Positions 46,379 through 59,173 of a stretch of DNA of 64,000 nt are shown here, in pieces. A program made the translations under genes and the position numbers. The notes under the pieces were generated by a model, which worked only from the letters and a program-made list of their open reading frames with translations, did not search any database and was not told the origin of the DNA. This stretch comes from Takakia lepidozioides (taxonomy: Eukaryota; Plantae; Bryophyta): the NCBI GenBank assembly GCA_030704615.1, contig CM060733.1, positions 62,744,001 to 62,808,000 on the forward strand, given 5' to 3'. Every line of letters starts with the position of its first letter. Positions within the stretch are counted from its first letter, which is position 1.

Positions 46379-48991
46379 TTACTGATTTCGACTAGCAAAC
46401 CTTTGTGAGTGAGCACCTTTTTGACGTTGAGAGTTTCGTGGCGGACTGTGTGTACGAGCCCGAGGTCTGTCTCTGGTTGACGGAGATGGTTGATCACTAC
46501 CTGGATAAGTGAGGCCCTCTGGAGGCTGATATCGAGGTAACCTTTCCGGCATAGGAGACCCCCGTCGCTTCTTCTCTGCCATCTGAACTGCATAGTCTTC
46601 TCCCATGTCAAAAGAATTCGGTGAAGAAACAGTTGTATCAGAATCCTCATCGCCTCTCAGGTGTTTTAATTTTCGAACTTTTTGTGGAATCATCTGGGGC
46701 ATACAATGCTGTCCTACCATGTCTGGAAGTTTGTATTTTACAACTTGGTGTAACCGCTGAACAGCAAAATTGGTGTAGACACTGAGCTCCTTGTCTGTCC
46801 AGGTGAGTGGGGTACCAATTACTGGTGCAGCGTGCAAGTATTCCACATGTCCCTTATAGAAAATGTCATCAATGCCGAATTTCTGTGTTGACAAATGGTT
46901 CCAGGCCGCTTGAAACCATGAACGAATTTGAGAATCCTTTTGCATCATAACTTTTGGGTCATATAGGTACATATGAGGTGGCACCGAAGGTAATACCCAA
47001 TGATCTCCACTGGAATAACTCAGAAAGCGTGTTTGCATCTTTTGTTGCTCAATGTGGTAACGTACCAGAAAACAAGCAGCGTAGTATAACCCGCATCCCA
47101 TGACAATACTTGCTACCTCCTTGGTCTTGGTATAAATGAGTCCATGTACAACCTCCGGCTGTGGTGGCTGTGGTGTGGTTGTAGTAACCACAGGTTCAGC
47201 TACTGGTACAGTGACTTGTTGTGGTGGTGGTGGTACTGGCTCTTGTATCATTGGCATCTCCTGCACCTCCTGTGAAGACTGAAAAGCCAAAGTTCTGGCT
47301 TGTAAATAAGAAGCCATTAGCTGTTCCTGAGGGATATAGACTCTTTTGTCGATGTTTGAAGTGAGGTCTTCCACTTGAGTCTGCAGTCCGTCTACATCCT
47401 CTTGTAACTCTGCTATCCTACTATAGACATTGTCTATAGTAGTTGTGGCAATGTTCTGCACCTGCAGCCTGAGCTCATTCATCTCGCTTTGGGTGAGCTT
47501 TCGTGGTGCTTTGCCCTCTACTGGCCCTTGTGCTAACCAGACCTGCATAAGGCTGTTATCCACCAAGTTGCTTGTGGTTCCCCTGAGAGTTTGCTCCTCT
47601 CTTAGCTTGTACAATTCCAACTGCTGTTGTAAAGCCTCCATGCGCTTCGCCTGAGGTTCAACCAATTGCGCATAAGCAGCAAGTAGATTATTGGCTTCCT
47701 TCCAAGCCTTGTTATTGACCGCGATTTCATTTCTATTGGCCATGATGGTTTGTTGCAACTCCACGATGTGCTTCTCTTGATCAGCTTCAATCTGCCTGTA
47801 TTGCTTGAAAGTATCTTCATTGCGACAGATTGTATTCTTCATATCGACAATGAGCTTCATTTGCTCAACATTCTCTTCTTCTGCCTTCGTACATTTTTCC
47901 GCTTGACTGTTTATTTCTTTTGTAGATTGGTCAAGCATAGTTGTGAATGTAGCACATTGTATCGCCATCCTGTTATGCACTGTCTGCAACTCCGTATGTA
48001 GTGCATTCACTTCTTGCAACTTGCTTTCATGCTGCACCTGCATTTGGTATAGCTGTTGCTTATGTGCTTCGTGCAACTGGTCTTGCGCGAGGCCTGCCTC
48101 AATCAATTGTTCCTTGGCCAATTGCAAAGCCACTTCTGTATTTCCCAAGTCCTGCTGCATCTTGAGAGTGACCTCTTCATCGACCTTGTTTGCACACTCA
48201 GTGGCTAGTCGAGCCTCAAACTCCTTCCTGAGTTCCTCTCTCAAGGCTGTCAATTGGGTAATTGGAACATGGGATTTGACATAAGTCCCCAACAAATTAG
48301 GTGTCCTGCCTATGGAACTCATCAGCATTGCCTGTTGAGGGTCATCATGGTGAGGTTGCTGCTGTTCCTCTTGATCTCAACAGTGTGATGTCTCACGAAC
48401 CATTCAGGCCATTGTCCCACCGGATTTTCTTCCTGAACTACTTCATCTATCACCGGTGCTACAGTGTCATGACCTTCCGCCTGTGGTACCTCCGACACAG
48501 GTGTGTGTATTATATGCACCTCAGGATTTCCCTTGGGCAACTGTTGCACCTCTGGGATTTCTGTCTCCTTGACCAGACCAGAATATTCATAGAGAAGGTC
48601 CCCCTTCTCCATTTCTGCCACTATCTGTTCTGTAGTTGGAATATCTAACCCTTCTATTTCCAAATCAATTATTTCTGGTTGAGCTGCATGGATAACTTGT
48701 GACCTTGTGACAAGTCGATCAGCTGGCTGTGATGGTTGTGATACAGAAGTAACTTCCTCCTCCCTCTCTGAAGGTCCTGCTTCCAGTAAACATTTCTATG
48801 TGCTGCTGTGCCCCTTCCTGGCCATGAGCTTGGGAAACATTATCATGCGGAATCCGTGAAGCCAGTGGATCCGCCACTACAGTCTTTCCCCGTCTCTGCC
48901 TCTTAGTCTCGGGTTGCCCTGCTAGTCCACCCTCACTGTGTGAAGAGCCTTGCTCTTCCATTGCAGTTGTTTCTGGCTCAAACACTCCCAT
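46379..48991 (-). pseudogene. Coiled-coil 3' extra ORF of copy 3 (frameshifts; lacks a 285-nt segment)
   Basis: Colinear with 26967-29815. Confidence 0.8.
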
Positions 48992-48997
48992 TTCCTT

Positions 48998-50053
48998 TCA
49001 TTCTTGCGCATCAAGTATGCCAGAATCAAGGATTATTTGAGCAATGATTGGGCCAGACACTATGATAGGAGACTTTGCGGTAGTACCTTGTAATCTTTTC
49101 ATCTCCTCCACCAGTGCGTTGTACATTATGTCCGCCCATTGTACCTCTTGTCCCTTCAGGCCTTTGAGTATTTCCTCCGTGAAGGATTTGCTCAAATACT
49201 GTTGGTTCTGTTTCATGGCAATCAGAACGTTCAATACCTGGCCTACCTCTTTTAGCCCTGGGTACACAGCCTTGGTACAAGCATAACCCTGAGTTTTAAA
49301 GAAACTCCCTTCTTGGAATAAGTCCCCTATTTGCAGTCTTGCCCTGTGTTCCTCCACATGCACCTGACCTGCTGGCAATCGAAACAATTGCTGGAGGTAT
49401 AGGGGAGTAATCATCAATTCAACTCCCTTCACCGTTGTTGTTCCTGCCCTTGGCTCAAAGTTCTGCAAAAATTGTAACATGTACTGTCTATGGTGTAATG
49501 TCCAATCTAGGCTTTGCAATCCTTGCAATCTCAGCTCCTCCAGTATCTGTATCGCCTGTGGGGTAGCAATCGTTTGTTTCCTCAGAATTGTGGTGCTCTT
49601 CACCCTGATTTCCTCCATTCCTCTCACTCTCTTCATTTTAGACTCACAGAACTGTTTTGGCTGTAACAACTGCAGGAATGCCTGTAGTGCACAAAGCATA
49701 AACGTATGGTTGCCGCAGAAAGCTATGGGTAATTTCTTGTAAGCCTGCGGGGCTTGCAAACATCGCTCAAGAGAAAAGCTCCGCTCTGTCCTTTCGTGTC
49801 TATGCCACTGCGTAAGTAATATTGCGAGCGTATAGTCTGTTAGTTCCTCCATAGTTTCCAAGCTATAGCATTGATGGTCTGTCCCGTCGAGACGCCCGTT
49901 ACTCAGAACGACGCCGCCTCTTGCGCTCAATTTCCCTCCATTTTCTTGATCCTTTCTCTGGTTTTCTATTGGCTGTATCCGCTGTGACTGGATTTTAGAT
50001 TTTATTTTCTTTAGTGGACTTTCCCTGTTGGATAGTCCACTAGGATCACACAT
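48998..50053 (-). CDS. First 3' extra ORF, resembling Athila-type post-integrase ORF domains
   Basis: 351 aa open. QFLQNF..TTTVKGVELMITP..LQQLFRLP and VQWADIMY pattern; conserved in copy 2. Confidence 0.6.
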   Translation of the reverse strand: MCDPSGLSNRESPLKKIKSKIQSQRIQPIENQRKDQENGGKLSARGGVVLSNGRLDGTDHQCYSLETMEELTDYTLAILLTQWHRHERTERSFSLERCLQAPQAYKKLPIAFCGNHTFMLCALQAFLQLLQPKQFCESKMKRVRGMEEIRVKSTTILRKQTIATPQAIQILEELRLQGLQSLDWTLHHRQYMLQFLQNFEPRAGTTTVKGVELMITPLYLQQLFRLPAGQVHVEEHRARLQIGDLFQEGSFFKTQGYACTKAVYPGLKEVGQVLNVLIAMKQNQQYLSKSFTEEILKGLKGQEVQWADIMYNALVEEMKRLQGTTAKSPIIVSGPIIAQIILDSGILDAQE

Positions 50054-50071
50054 GTGACAAGAATTTCGCTT

Positions 50072-53000
50072 TTATGTACTTGCCGTTCGTTCCGTTTCCC
50101 TTTTTCCGTATTCATTAATGGGCCCGCCTTTCATCCCTTTTGACGGCCGTTCTTGTCCTCTTTCTTTTTGACACCTGTTCTTGCACTTCCTTCTCGGCTG
50201 TGTGTCGCGCCCTGACCTCCACGTGTCTATTTTTAAAGTAATTTCCGTTTTCTCTTCCGTCAGCCATTTTCCTGAAGTTATTATGCGTCCACTTGTCACT
50301 GATTCTATGGATCGTGTAACTTTAATAGGCTGTGTTGAGCTGTGACAGGCTGTGTCATACTGTGTTACGCTGTGATAGGCTGTGATGCATTGTGGTAAGC
50401 TGTGATAGGCTGTATCACGTCGTGATGGGCTGTGATAGGCTGTGCTTTGCCTTGATGGGCTGTGATAGGCTGTGTCACGTTTGTTTTGCCCGCCCTGGTC
50501 ATATATGCTGGGCCTAGCGACAAGTGCTCCATACTCTGTTTGTAACACTGGTGCAGCCCGTGACTGCTCTTGCGGTTCAACATGCAAATCATGCTGCAAG
50601 GGTTTGTCATGGATACCACTGTACCCCTTCAACTTATTGGCATTGACTCTTCCCAACATTTCTTTGTTAATGGTTTGTAACATGGCGGTGTTGTTATCAT
50701 ACATCTTTTGTATGACATAAGGTCATTTCCATGGTGATTTAAGCTTAGAAGCTTGAATCTTTCCTTTCTTCTGCAACCATAGAACCAAATCCCCCGTCTT
50801 AAAAGTCTTTAACTTGCCTTCATCAAACTGTTCCTTTCGCTTCATCTGAATTCTGGTCATATTATCAGCTGCATCAGCACGTACTTCTTCCACATGGTAT
50901 AATTCATGTTTCCTGACCTTGATGGAGTCTTGCAATTCCATTCTTTTTCCCCACTCCGTTCTCATGGTAGGTAACAGGAATTCCACTGGAAGTAAGGCTT
51001 CCATACCATAAACTAATTGGAATGGTGTATACTTAGTGGTGACTTTATATGAAGTCCTGTATGACCACAAAGCTGTCAGCAGCTTTGTATCCCAATCCGT
51101 TCTGTTTGCATTGACTATCTTAGCCAAGATAGTACATAGTATTTTGTTGGTAGCCTCTGCCTGCCCATTACCCTGTGGGTAATATGTTGTACTCTTTCTA
51201 TGCACAATATAAACTCTTTAGTCAACAACTCAATGGTCTCATTCATGAAGTGACTTCCCTGATCACTGATAAATTCTAAGGGACAGCCAAATCGTGTAAG
51301 TATGTTCTCGTACAGGAACCTTGCTGTGGACTTGGCTGTGTTGTCCCTCAAAGCTTTAGCTTCCACCCACTTTGTAGTATAATCAGTGGCTGTAATTATG
51401 TACCTGTTTCGTGTATTCTTGGATGGTGGGTTAATTGGTCCAACAAAGTCTAGTCCCCATTTCTGAAATGGTTCCGTAGGCATTGTAGGATGCAAGGCCA
51501 TCCTTCCAAATCTCTGCAAAGGTCCTAGCCTCTGACATTCATCACACTTCTGACAATACTCGTGTACATCTTTGAACAAAGTAGGCCACCAGTATCCTGC
51601 GAGTAGTATCTTTCTACTGGTAGTCTCTTCTCCAAAATGACCTCCAGCCACTCCTTTATGAACTTCCGCCAAAACTTTATTTACTTCATGGTGGTACAAG
51701 CATCGTTTTAGTACTCCATCAGGTCCTAACTTATACATTCTGCTTCCTACCATAGTATAAGGTAAAGCTTTGATAGCGATTCTCTTCCTCTGCTCCTTAC
51801 CATAACTAGGTGGGCACTGACCATGAGCAAGGTAGTATCTGATTGGCCACTGCCAATCTAACCAGTCATTTGCACTTCCCTGCACCTCCACTGCAAAGAG
51901 ACTCGCATCTGGTAATTGATCATCTATTCCTGTGGCTGGTTCTCCTGTTGACAATCGTGACAAATGATCCGCCACAAGATGCAGTCTCCCAGGCTTGTAA
52001 ACAACCTCGAACTCAAACTCGTGCAAGATTATCAACCATCTTGCTATTCTTCCGCTTATCAAAGGTTTGTTTACCAGGTATATCAGAGCCTGGTGATCCA
52101 CATAGAACATAAACTTCTTGCCCAACAGGTAATGCCTGAATTTCTTCACTGCATAGATCATTGCCAATGCTTCTCTTTCCGTTGTGCTATAGTTCCTTTC
52201 AGCACTGTTCATCAACCGGCTAGCATAGTACACAGGTGAATCTATATTCCCTGTAACATTCTGGGCTAACACCGCTCCCAACGCTTCTCCTGATGCATCG
52301 CAGTGAACATGGAATACTACATGTCAGTGAGGGTTAATCAGCACAGGTGTAGTTGTTACTGACAGTGTAAGTTCCTCAAATGCCTGTTGACATTCAGCTG
52401 TCCAGGCAAACACTGCATCTTTCTTCAGTAGTTTGCTCAATGGTGCTGCTATTTGTGCATACCTTTTGACAAATCTCCTGTAATAACTGGTTTGCCCAAG
52501 GAATCTCCGTAGACTTTTAACATTCACTGGTGGTGGAGAGGCTTTAATGGACTCTGTCTTTCTGGGATCCACAAGGAGTCCCTTCTTACACACAATGTGT
52601 CCCAGAAGCACCCCTGAGTTCACACAGAAAGTACACTTCTCTGGATTCAGGCCCAGACCTCTCATCCTGCATCTGGCCAAACATAACTCCAATTTATGCA
52701 AGTGCTCATTCTTAGAGCTGTACACACTGAAATCATCCAAGAATACCTGCATGAAATCATCCAGATACTCATGAAAAGATTCACTTATCACTCTCTGAAA
52801 GGTCGCTGGTGCATTACAAAGTCCAAAGGGCATGACTTTGTATGCATAAGCCCCCCAGTCTGTGATGAAAGCTGTTTTCCCTTGGTCTTCTTCTGCCACT
52901 TGCACTTGATTATAACCACTGAAGCCATCCATGAATGAGTACATCTCATGGCCTGCCACAGTGTCTAATACTGCTTCTGTGAATGGCAAAGGGAAAGGAT

Positions 53001-56000
53001 CTTTCTTCGTACAAGCATTCAGCTTCTTATAGTTCACACATACTCTTAGTTTGCCATTCTTCTTGGGAACTATAACAATGGGTGACAACCAAGTTGTATA
53101 CTCTATTGGGTATATAAACTTAGCCTCAGCCAACTTCTTTATCTCTTCTCCAACCTTCTGTGCGTAGTTGGGATTCATTCTATACCTCGCCTGCTTGATT
53201 GGTACTGACCCTGGTTCCAGTTCAATCTTATGCTGACAGACTTCAGGTGGTATCCCTTTTAGATCCTCATAGCTCCAAGCAAATACATCTCTGTATTTGA
53301 TGAACAAGCTTTTAGCTTCTTCGAAGAATTCCGGCTCCAAATCAGCTCCTACTTTCACCATCCTCGGTTCCTCTTTAGTTCCCACATTTACTTCTCTCAC
53401 CTGCTCATCAGCTGTGATTGTCCAACCAGTCACCACTTCATCCTGTAAGCTCACAGTGGCTGGTTCTTCTAGGATTTCTATTTCTCCTTCTCTTTCTTCA
53501 TAGAAATGTGATGGGTAAATGCTGGTTTCCTCTTCAGTTGGTGTTGCTGTCACTACACCACAGCAGATACCTCTCAAACAACTTAGGCTTTCCAGCCGCA
53601 TCTCTGCAACCTGCTCCCACTCTGGGTGTGCAGCAAATAGGGTAGCTTCCTGCTCCTCATCCAGTCCTCCTTTCCAGTCATACTCTCTGACTCCTCGAGG
53701 TCTTCTTGTAGCAGGTAATCTACTAGATTTCTTTGTGGTAATTTGTATCTCGTGTATCCCATTATGCACGGTTAGTAACTGAGAATTCCAGTCATGGAAT
53801 ACCCTGGCCTGTTTCAGCCACGGACGTCCCAATAATAAGGAGTAAGCCTCCATGACTTCATCCATTTCTAATACAGTTACTGTGATCATAAAGATCATTT
53901 TCTGTATCTGTATCTTAACTCCTCTTATTAATCCCAATGGCTGTACACTTCTTTGATCTGCCATTGTTACTGTAAATGGGGCTGGTTTCATGTTACTTAG
54001 ACCAAGCTTCTTCCTTAATTGGTCTGTCATGATATTTACTCCAGAACCACCATCTATCAGTACATCAGTTAGTTCTGTGCTTCCAATTCTCAATTGGATT
54101 ACTGGCATAGAATCATCAAAGTCCATGACTGTTTCTCGCCCTTCCGGCTTCACATTATAACTGGTCACCTTGCTGTTCAGGTCTGTGTTTCCTGTCTCTT
54201 GGGCAATTCGATTGATTGCTTGATACAGCCTGTGCCTACAATAAGGTGCCACAGCTAATAGCTGTCCAATGGTAATTTCTGCTTTGGTCTGGCATATTAC
54301 TTCAGCCAAAGTCTCTTCATTACTTTGCATGTCTGCATCTTCTTTCTTCCTTTCTTCCTCACTCCCTTCTTTTCTCCATCAGAATCAGAGGAATCTGCCA
54401 CAGGAATATCAGTACTCTTTTGCATTTCCCTTATAGTATCTGCCACTTCCTTGTGCAGTTCCTTCTCATCTTTCCAAGTCTCTTCATCTTCAGGCATATC
54501 ATTGCCACTTCCATTATCATCTTCTTCCTCTTCTACTGGAGGTATTAGTTTGGCTTTACTTCTTGTTACTATCATTGTACTTACTTCTGGTACAACACAT
54601 GGCCTAACCATGTGAGCTGCCACCACTGGGCCCTCATTCACAGGAGCTCTCATCTCATTCTGGTGTCTTATCCAGAATGAACAGGCTGCCTTGCGATGTC
54701 CTGGCTGATTACAATAGTAACATAGCTCTTCACCATTGGGTCCTCGCCCTTGGTCTGTTCTTGGATTATTTCTATAATCCTGATTCCCGGGCTGGTAATT
54801 CCCCCTTGGATTACCCTGATAGTTGCCTCTGGAATTTCCTTGGTAATTCCCTCTTGAATTACCTCTCCCTTCCATGCCATTGTTATAACCACCAGACCTA
54901 CCATAGTGGTCCTGATCATTGTTTCTTCTTGGCTGGGGCTGCACCTGATGCACCCTTACTTGCCTAGGTTCTCTTGCAGCTGTCCTTCTGTTGTAGTAAC
55001 AATTCTCAGTAGAATGGTTATCCATTTTACAGATAGTACAGTGTTTCTCCTTCATGTGGCATTCTGTGGTGGTATGGCCTTCATTCTGGCACTTTGCACA
55101 CCATACACCCTTCCTCCAATGTGTTGCAGCCTCTGTGGCATACTTCTTCAAGATTTCTTCCAATTTTTTTTCATAGTTATCCCTCTTCAACTTCTCCTTT
55201 CTCTTACTCTTTCTTTTTAGTTCTTGCTCTTCTTCTTCATCTGACTCATCCTCAGAGTCCTCATCTTCCTTTTCTCTCTTCTGAGCATTCCCAATTGCTC
55301 AATTCTGTTTGCAGTTTCAAATGCCTCCTCCACTGTATTATGGGGTAACATATCCACTTTCTTTTGCAACTCTGGTCTTAGTCCACTCACAAACCAAGTC
55401 TTCTGTAAACCGGGCGCTGGTACTGCAGCCAACTTTTTCATCATCAATTCCATCTTCTCCATATACTCTTCAACAGTTTCATGCTTCTTCTGCTTCAGCT
55501 GTTGTAAACTTCCATACACTTCATCCTCAGTTTTACTTGTCTGAACCTATTTCGAAATGCTGTATTCAAGCCATTCCAGGTTAGGAAATGATTATCAGGG
55601 AATCTTGCATACCATTCACTTGCTTTCTTGATAAGTGAACAAGGAAACAGTCTCATCTTGGCATCATCGCCATTCTCATTGTTCACTATACACATGTGCT
55701 CAAATTGGCTAATGTGTACATCGGGATCCCCTTTTCCTGAATATATTGGAAAGGGTGGTTTTGCCCGTGTTGGTTGTAACGCCATCTGTGGCCCTACCTT
55801 CTGCCCACTGACAGGTGCTGGCACCCTTGCTGGTGCTGGTCCTTCTGGACCTGTTGTTTTTGTGGTGGATCTTCCACCAAGTGGTGGCCCTTGAGCACTC
55901 CCTGCTTCTGGCCCCACGATATTCACAGTATTCCCAGCTTCAGTTGCACTACTTCCCACACTCCCTGTCCCCCCAGAGCCAGATCCAGGCAGCCCGCCTG

Positions 56001-56615
56001 ATCCCCTGAGCCGACACCTTCGTTGGCCTGTGATCCAAGTGCTCCACTTGATCCAGGTCCAACGGGTTGGGATGTCCTGGTTGTAGTCTCAACCTCAGCT
56101 GTTGGGTCTACTTCTTCATATTCTTCCTCTTCCAATTTCTTCTCTCTGTTTTCATCCTCCAAGTTCTGCCCTTGGGTTTCTTCTTCACTCATGTAACTCA
56201 ACTGTAATGGTGTTGGAGAGTCTGAACTCTCCGTTGGCTCTGCCACATCCTCTTCTCCTTCTTCACCTTCTGCTTCAGAAACTGGAGTTCCTGCTTTTGG
56301 TGTTCCATGCCAACTCTTATCAAAGATTTCTGTCAAATCTTTTATCCAAGGATGTACCTCAGATCTTTCACCTCGTGATTGATCTTCTTCCTGTACCAAT
56401 TCCCTTAATCTTTCTTGCAAAGAAACAGAAGGAGTGGCATCCAACTCTAGTTCTTCCGGTATAGGTGATGTACTCTTTGATCTTAATGGTGTGAGAGGTC
56501 CAGATGATTCCCCTATGTCTATTCCTCTCTCCCAAAGATATGGATAATTAGCTTTCAGATAGCTTTCTCTTTTTGCTGAATATCTCTGTCGTCTAGCTTC
56601 TCTTTCATCACTCAT
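50072..56615 (-). pseudogene. gag-pol of copy 3 (mostly small-indel frameshifts)
   Basis: gag 56615-54297 (3 CCHC), PR-RT 54330-52324, RH-INT 52281-50072. Confidence 0.92.
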
Positions 56616-56636
56616 GTCCCATGTCTTTCATTTCTT

Positions 56637-57131
56637 TTAATGTGGCAATAACCAAAACTCTCTTCTGTAATATCTCTCATATATGCCTGGGTTTCTTTCA
56701 AGCTTCAATGCACCCTTGGCTATACTTGAAGTCTCCGTTACCATATAACCATATGGCAAACAAGTCTGAAAAGCTGTTCTTGGTGTGAGTTTGATCCACA
56801 AAATATCCTTTGGAATCCAATTCTTTACCAGTACAAGCTCTTCATGCATATGAGTATAAACATTCACCTTTCTTTCTTCCCAGCCTTCAAACTCTACTCG
56901 TTTAATGGATAGCAATGCTATCACATAAACCAATGTTGGTAACCAACGTGCTCTTCCTCTACAGGCTACCTGATAAATCTTTATCACTCCTTTCTCCAGA
57001 CCCCATTCCGGATCAGCATCATGCACTCGCTTAAGAATATTTTCTTTACAACCGTCTGGCAATTCCAAGAACCTTTGAAAGAATTGTTTGGACAATCTTT
57101 CTTCCTTCGTTCCACAGGGAATTTGATTCAC
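56637..57131 (-). CDS. Extra ORF upstream of gag, copy 3
   Basis: Near-identical to 17961-18506. Confidence 0.55.
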   Translation of the reverse strand: MNQIPCGTKEERLSKQFFQRFLELPDGCKENILKRVHDADPEWGLEKGVIKIYQVACRGRARWLPTLVYVIALLSIKRVEFEGWEERKVNVYTHMHEELVLVKNWIPKDILWIKLTPRTAFQTCLPYGYMVTETSSIAKGALKLERNPGIYERYYRREFWLLPH

Positions 57132-57224
57132 TTCAAATTATTTAATGGTCCAACCACCATGATCCCACCAGATGCCTGTCACATCTGGTTGTTCATGACT
57201 CAGTTCCCCAGTATGGTCGTCAAA

Positions 57225-58239
57225 TGTCGTGCGGCTTTTACTCACCCATCCCTTCGCTATTCGAGGCGGAAACTCCAAGATAGAAGAGTTGGAAATCTCT
57301 AAGTACTCAGCCCGCGCAGAACAATCAGTCATGACCTACAGCTAGTGTATCATGGGGGTGTTTCCTATTTGTTTCCCTTTGGTATGCATGTTAGCTATCT
57401 TACCATTGATAGTTAAGTATCAGTTTGCTTTATCAATCTATTGGATTCCATCAACTCATCCATTCATTCCACAGCTTCACTCAGATCTCTCTACACAGTG
57501 TGATTGTATCGTAAAAGTATCCGATTATGATTTATCAGGTATCAGGCCGAAGCCATTGTGTCTCTAATCTGCTCTACAATATCATTACCGCCTTGCATAT
57601 ATCAAGCATCTACTCATCACCTCTCTATCTTCACTTCCGTTCTTTATCTCTGCCCGATCCCCTCTCCTCCATGACCAAGAAGTCCTCATCCGAAGGATAT
57701 CCCTCAATTCCCCGTTTCTCCCTTTATCTTCCTATCCGTGGTTCTAACCGTTTCCCTCACTAACCGTCGTCTGTGAACTAACATGTTCCCTTCGCAGGTG
57801 TTGTTCCCCACAGTCGTTCCCTGTCCTACTCTTCGTTCCCTATGATCGTGACAGCTGTGTCAAGCTGTGACTGGCTGTGTGAAACTGTGACGGGCTGTGA
57901 CTGGCTGTGCGACTGTGTTTGGTTGTGTGGCTGTGCCGGGCTGTGTCGGCTGTGACGACTGTGTCTGCTGTGCGTGGCGCTGTGGCTGTGTGACGGGCTG
58001 TGTTGGCTGTGTGTGACGACTGTGACGGCTGTGTTGGCTGTGTCGGCTGTGACGATTGTGACGACTGTGACGGGCTGTGTTGGTTGTGTCGGCTGTGACG
58101 ACTGTGACGGGCTGTGTAACCCCCCTCTACAGTGCGTTGCTGTCACCCCTAAGGCTCCTGTTGGTCTCAGTCTGTGCAAAAATTAAGGGTACCCTACAGA
58201 TCCCGTATAAGTGTCTAAGTCCCCGACAGTCCTCTAACA
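57225..58239 (-). repeat. 5' LTR of copy 3 (1015 bp)
   Basis: TG...CA ends. It is longer than the 3' LTR because the GCTGTG/GTGAC simple repeat is expanded. Confidence 0.95.
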
Positions 58240-58489
58240 CACACTCCCTCTCAATACCTAGAGCTATGGAGGTGAGAGAAGCTCATGGAGGCTCAACTAC
58301 AAGAAGATGAGCCTTCTCAACACTCACAAGGGGAAAACCTATCTCCATGTCTCAAGTGAGGCTCGACACCTCACTTGGCATGTGAGACCAAATGAAGTCC
58401 CAACACACAAAATATAAATATAAATATCTAAAATGTCCTAGTTAACTAGAAGTAGGTAATTCTAGATAACCATGACTAGAACCATGACA
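58240..58489 (-). repeat. Outer part of the 5' LTR of the DNMT element
   Basis: Reverse complement of 16177-16425. Confidence 0.85.
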
Positions 58490-59173
58490 GAGTAGATCAC
58501 CTAAAAGTAAAGAGGGGGCAATAATTTTGGTAGGAGATGCAAAAAATCTCAGGCAGCAAGACAGAAAGCTAGACATATTATGAAAATTATTGTGTTCCTA
58601 GCTAGCTATGATAAAGCTAGAGGTGACCCCTTCTTTGCATTACTTCTTTGTATAGTTTAAATCGTCGTTAAAGTCAAGCAATTGGGCTATGAGAATTGGC
58701 ACAACTACTAACACACACCATGTAAACTAACAGTTATTGAAAACATTTGGATAATATTATGCAACAAAATGACCCGATTAAATGGATTATTCTATTAATC
58801 CCACATAATCCGAAGTAATCCCTTGACGAAGCTCAGTAATAAATGTTGATCTTCATCATGTCTCCAACAACAATGCAACCTTATTTTTAGTTAGTTGTGT
58901 TGGTTTTACGTTCTTGTGTGTTGGAAAAGAAAGAAAATCAAGACTCTAGAAAGATAGAGAGAGATTGCACAAGGACAAAGAGCTATGGGTCTGCAATTTC
59001 AAGAGAAACACAAGAAGTAGATGATGGACAACTAGGCTTGGACATGGGCCGTCTCTCCACTTTGTGGGTCTTCGAGAGGATTGAAGAGATTACAGACTTA
59101 TCTTTATTATGCATGTCCCTCTATTGTGAGCATCCGAAGAGGGTCACCATTACACAAGATAAGGCTCCATAGT

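Larger units (their letters stand above)
45468..58239 (-). mobile_element. Family B Ty3/gypsy copy 3, full length, nested in the DNMT element LTR
   Basis: Two near-identical LTRs and TSD CACAC (45463-45467, 58240-58244); the empty site near 16420 has a single copy. PBS at 57205-57222 and PPT at ~46341-46358. Confidence 0.96.

Noticed and set aside
44799-58489. Independent solo LTR inserted in the ParB gene
   Set aside because: There is no TSD and the gene does not resume after 58489; the inversion model fits better. The true LTR start (16089 versus 16177) remains unresolved.
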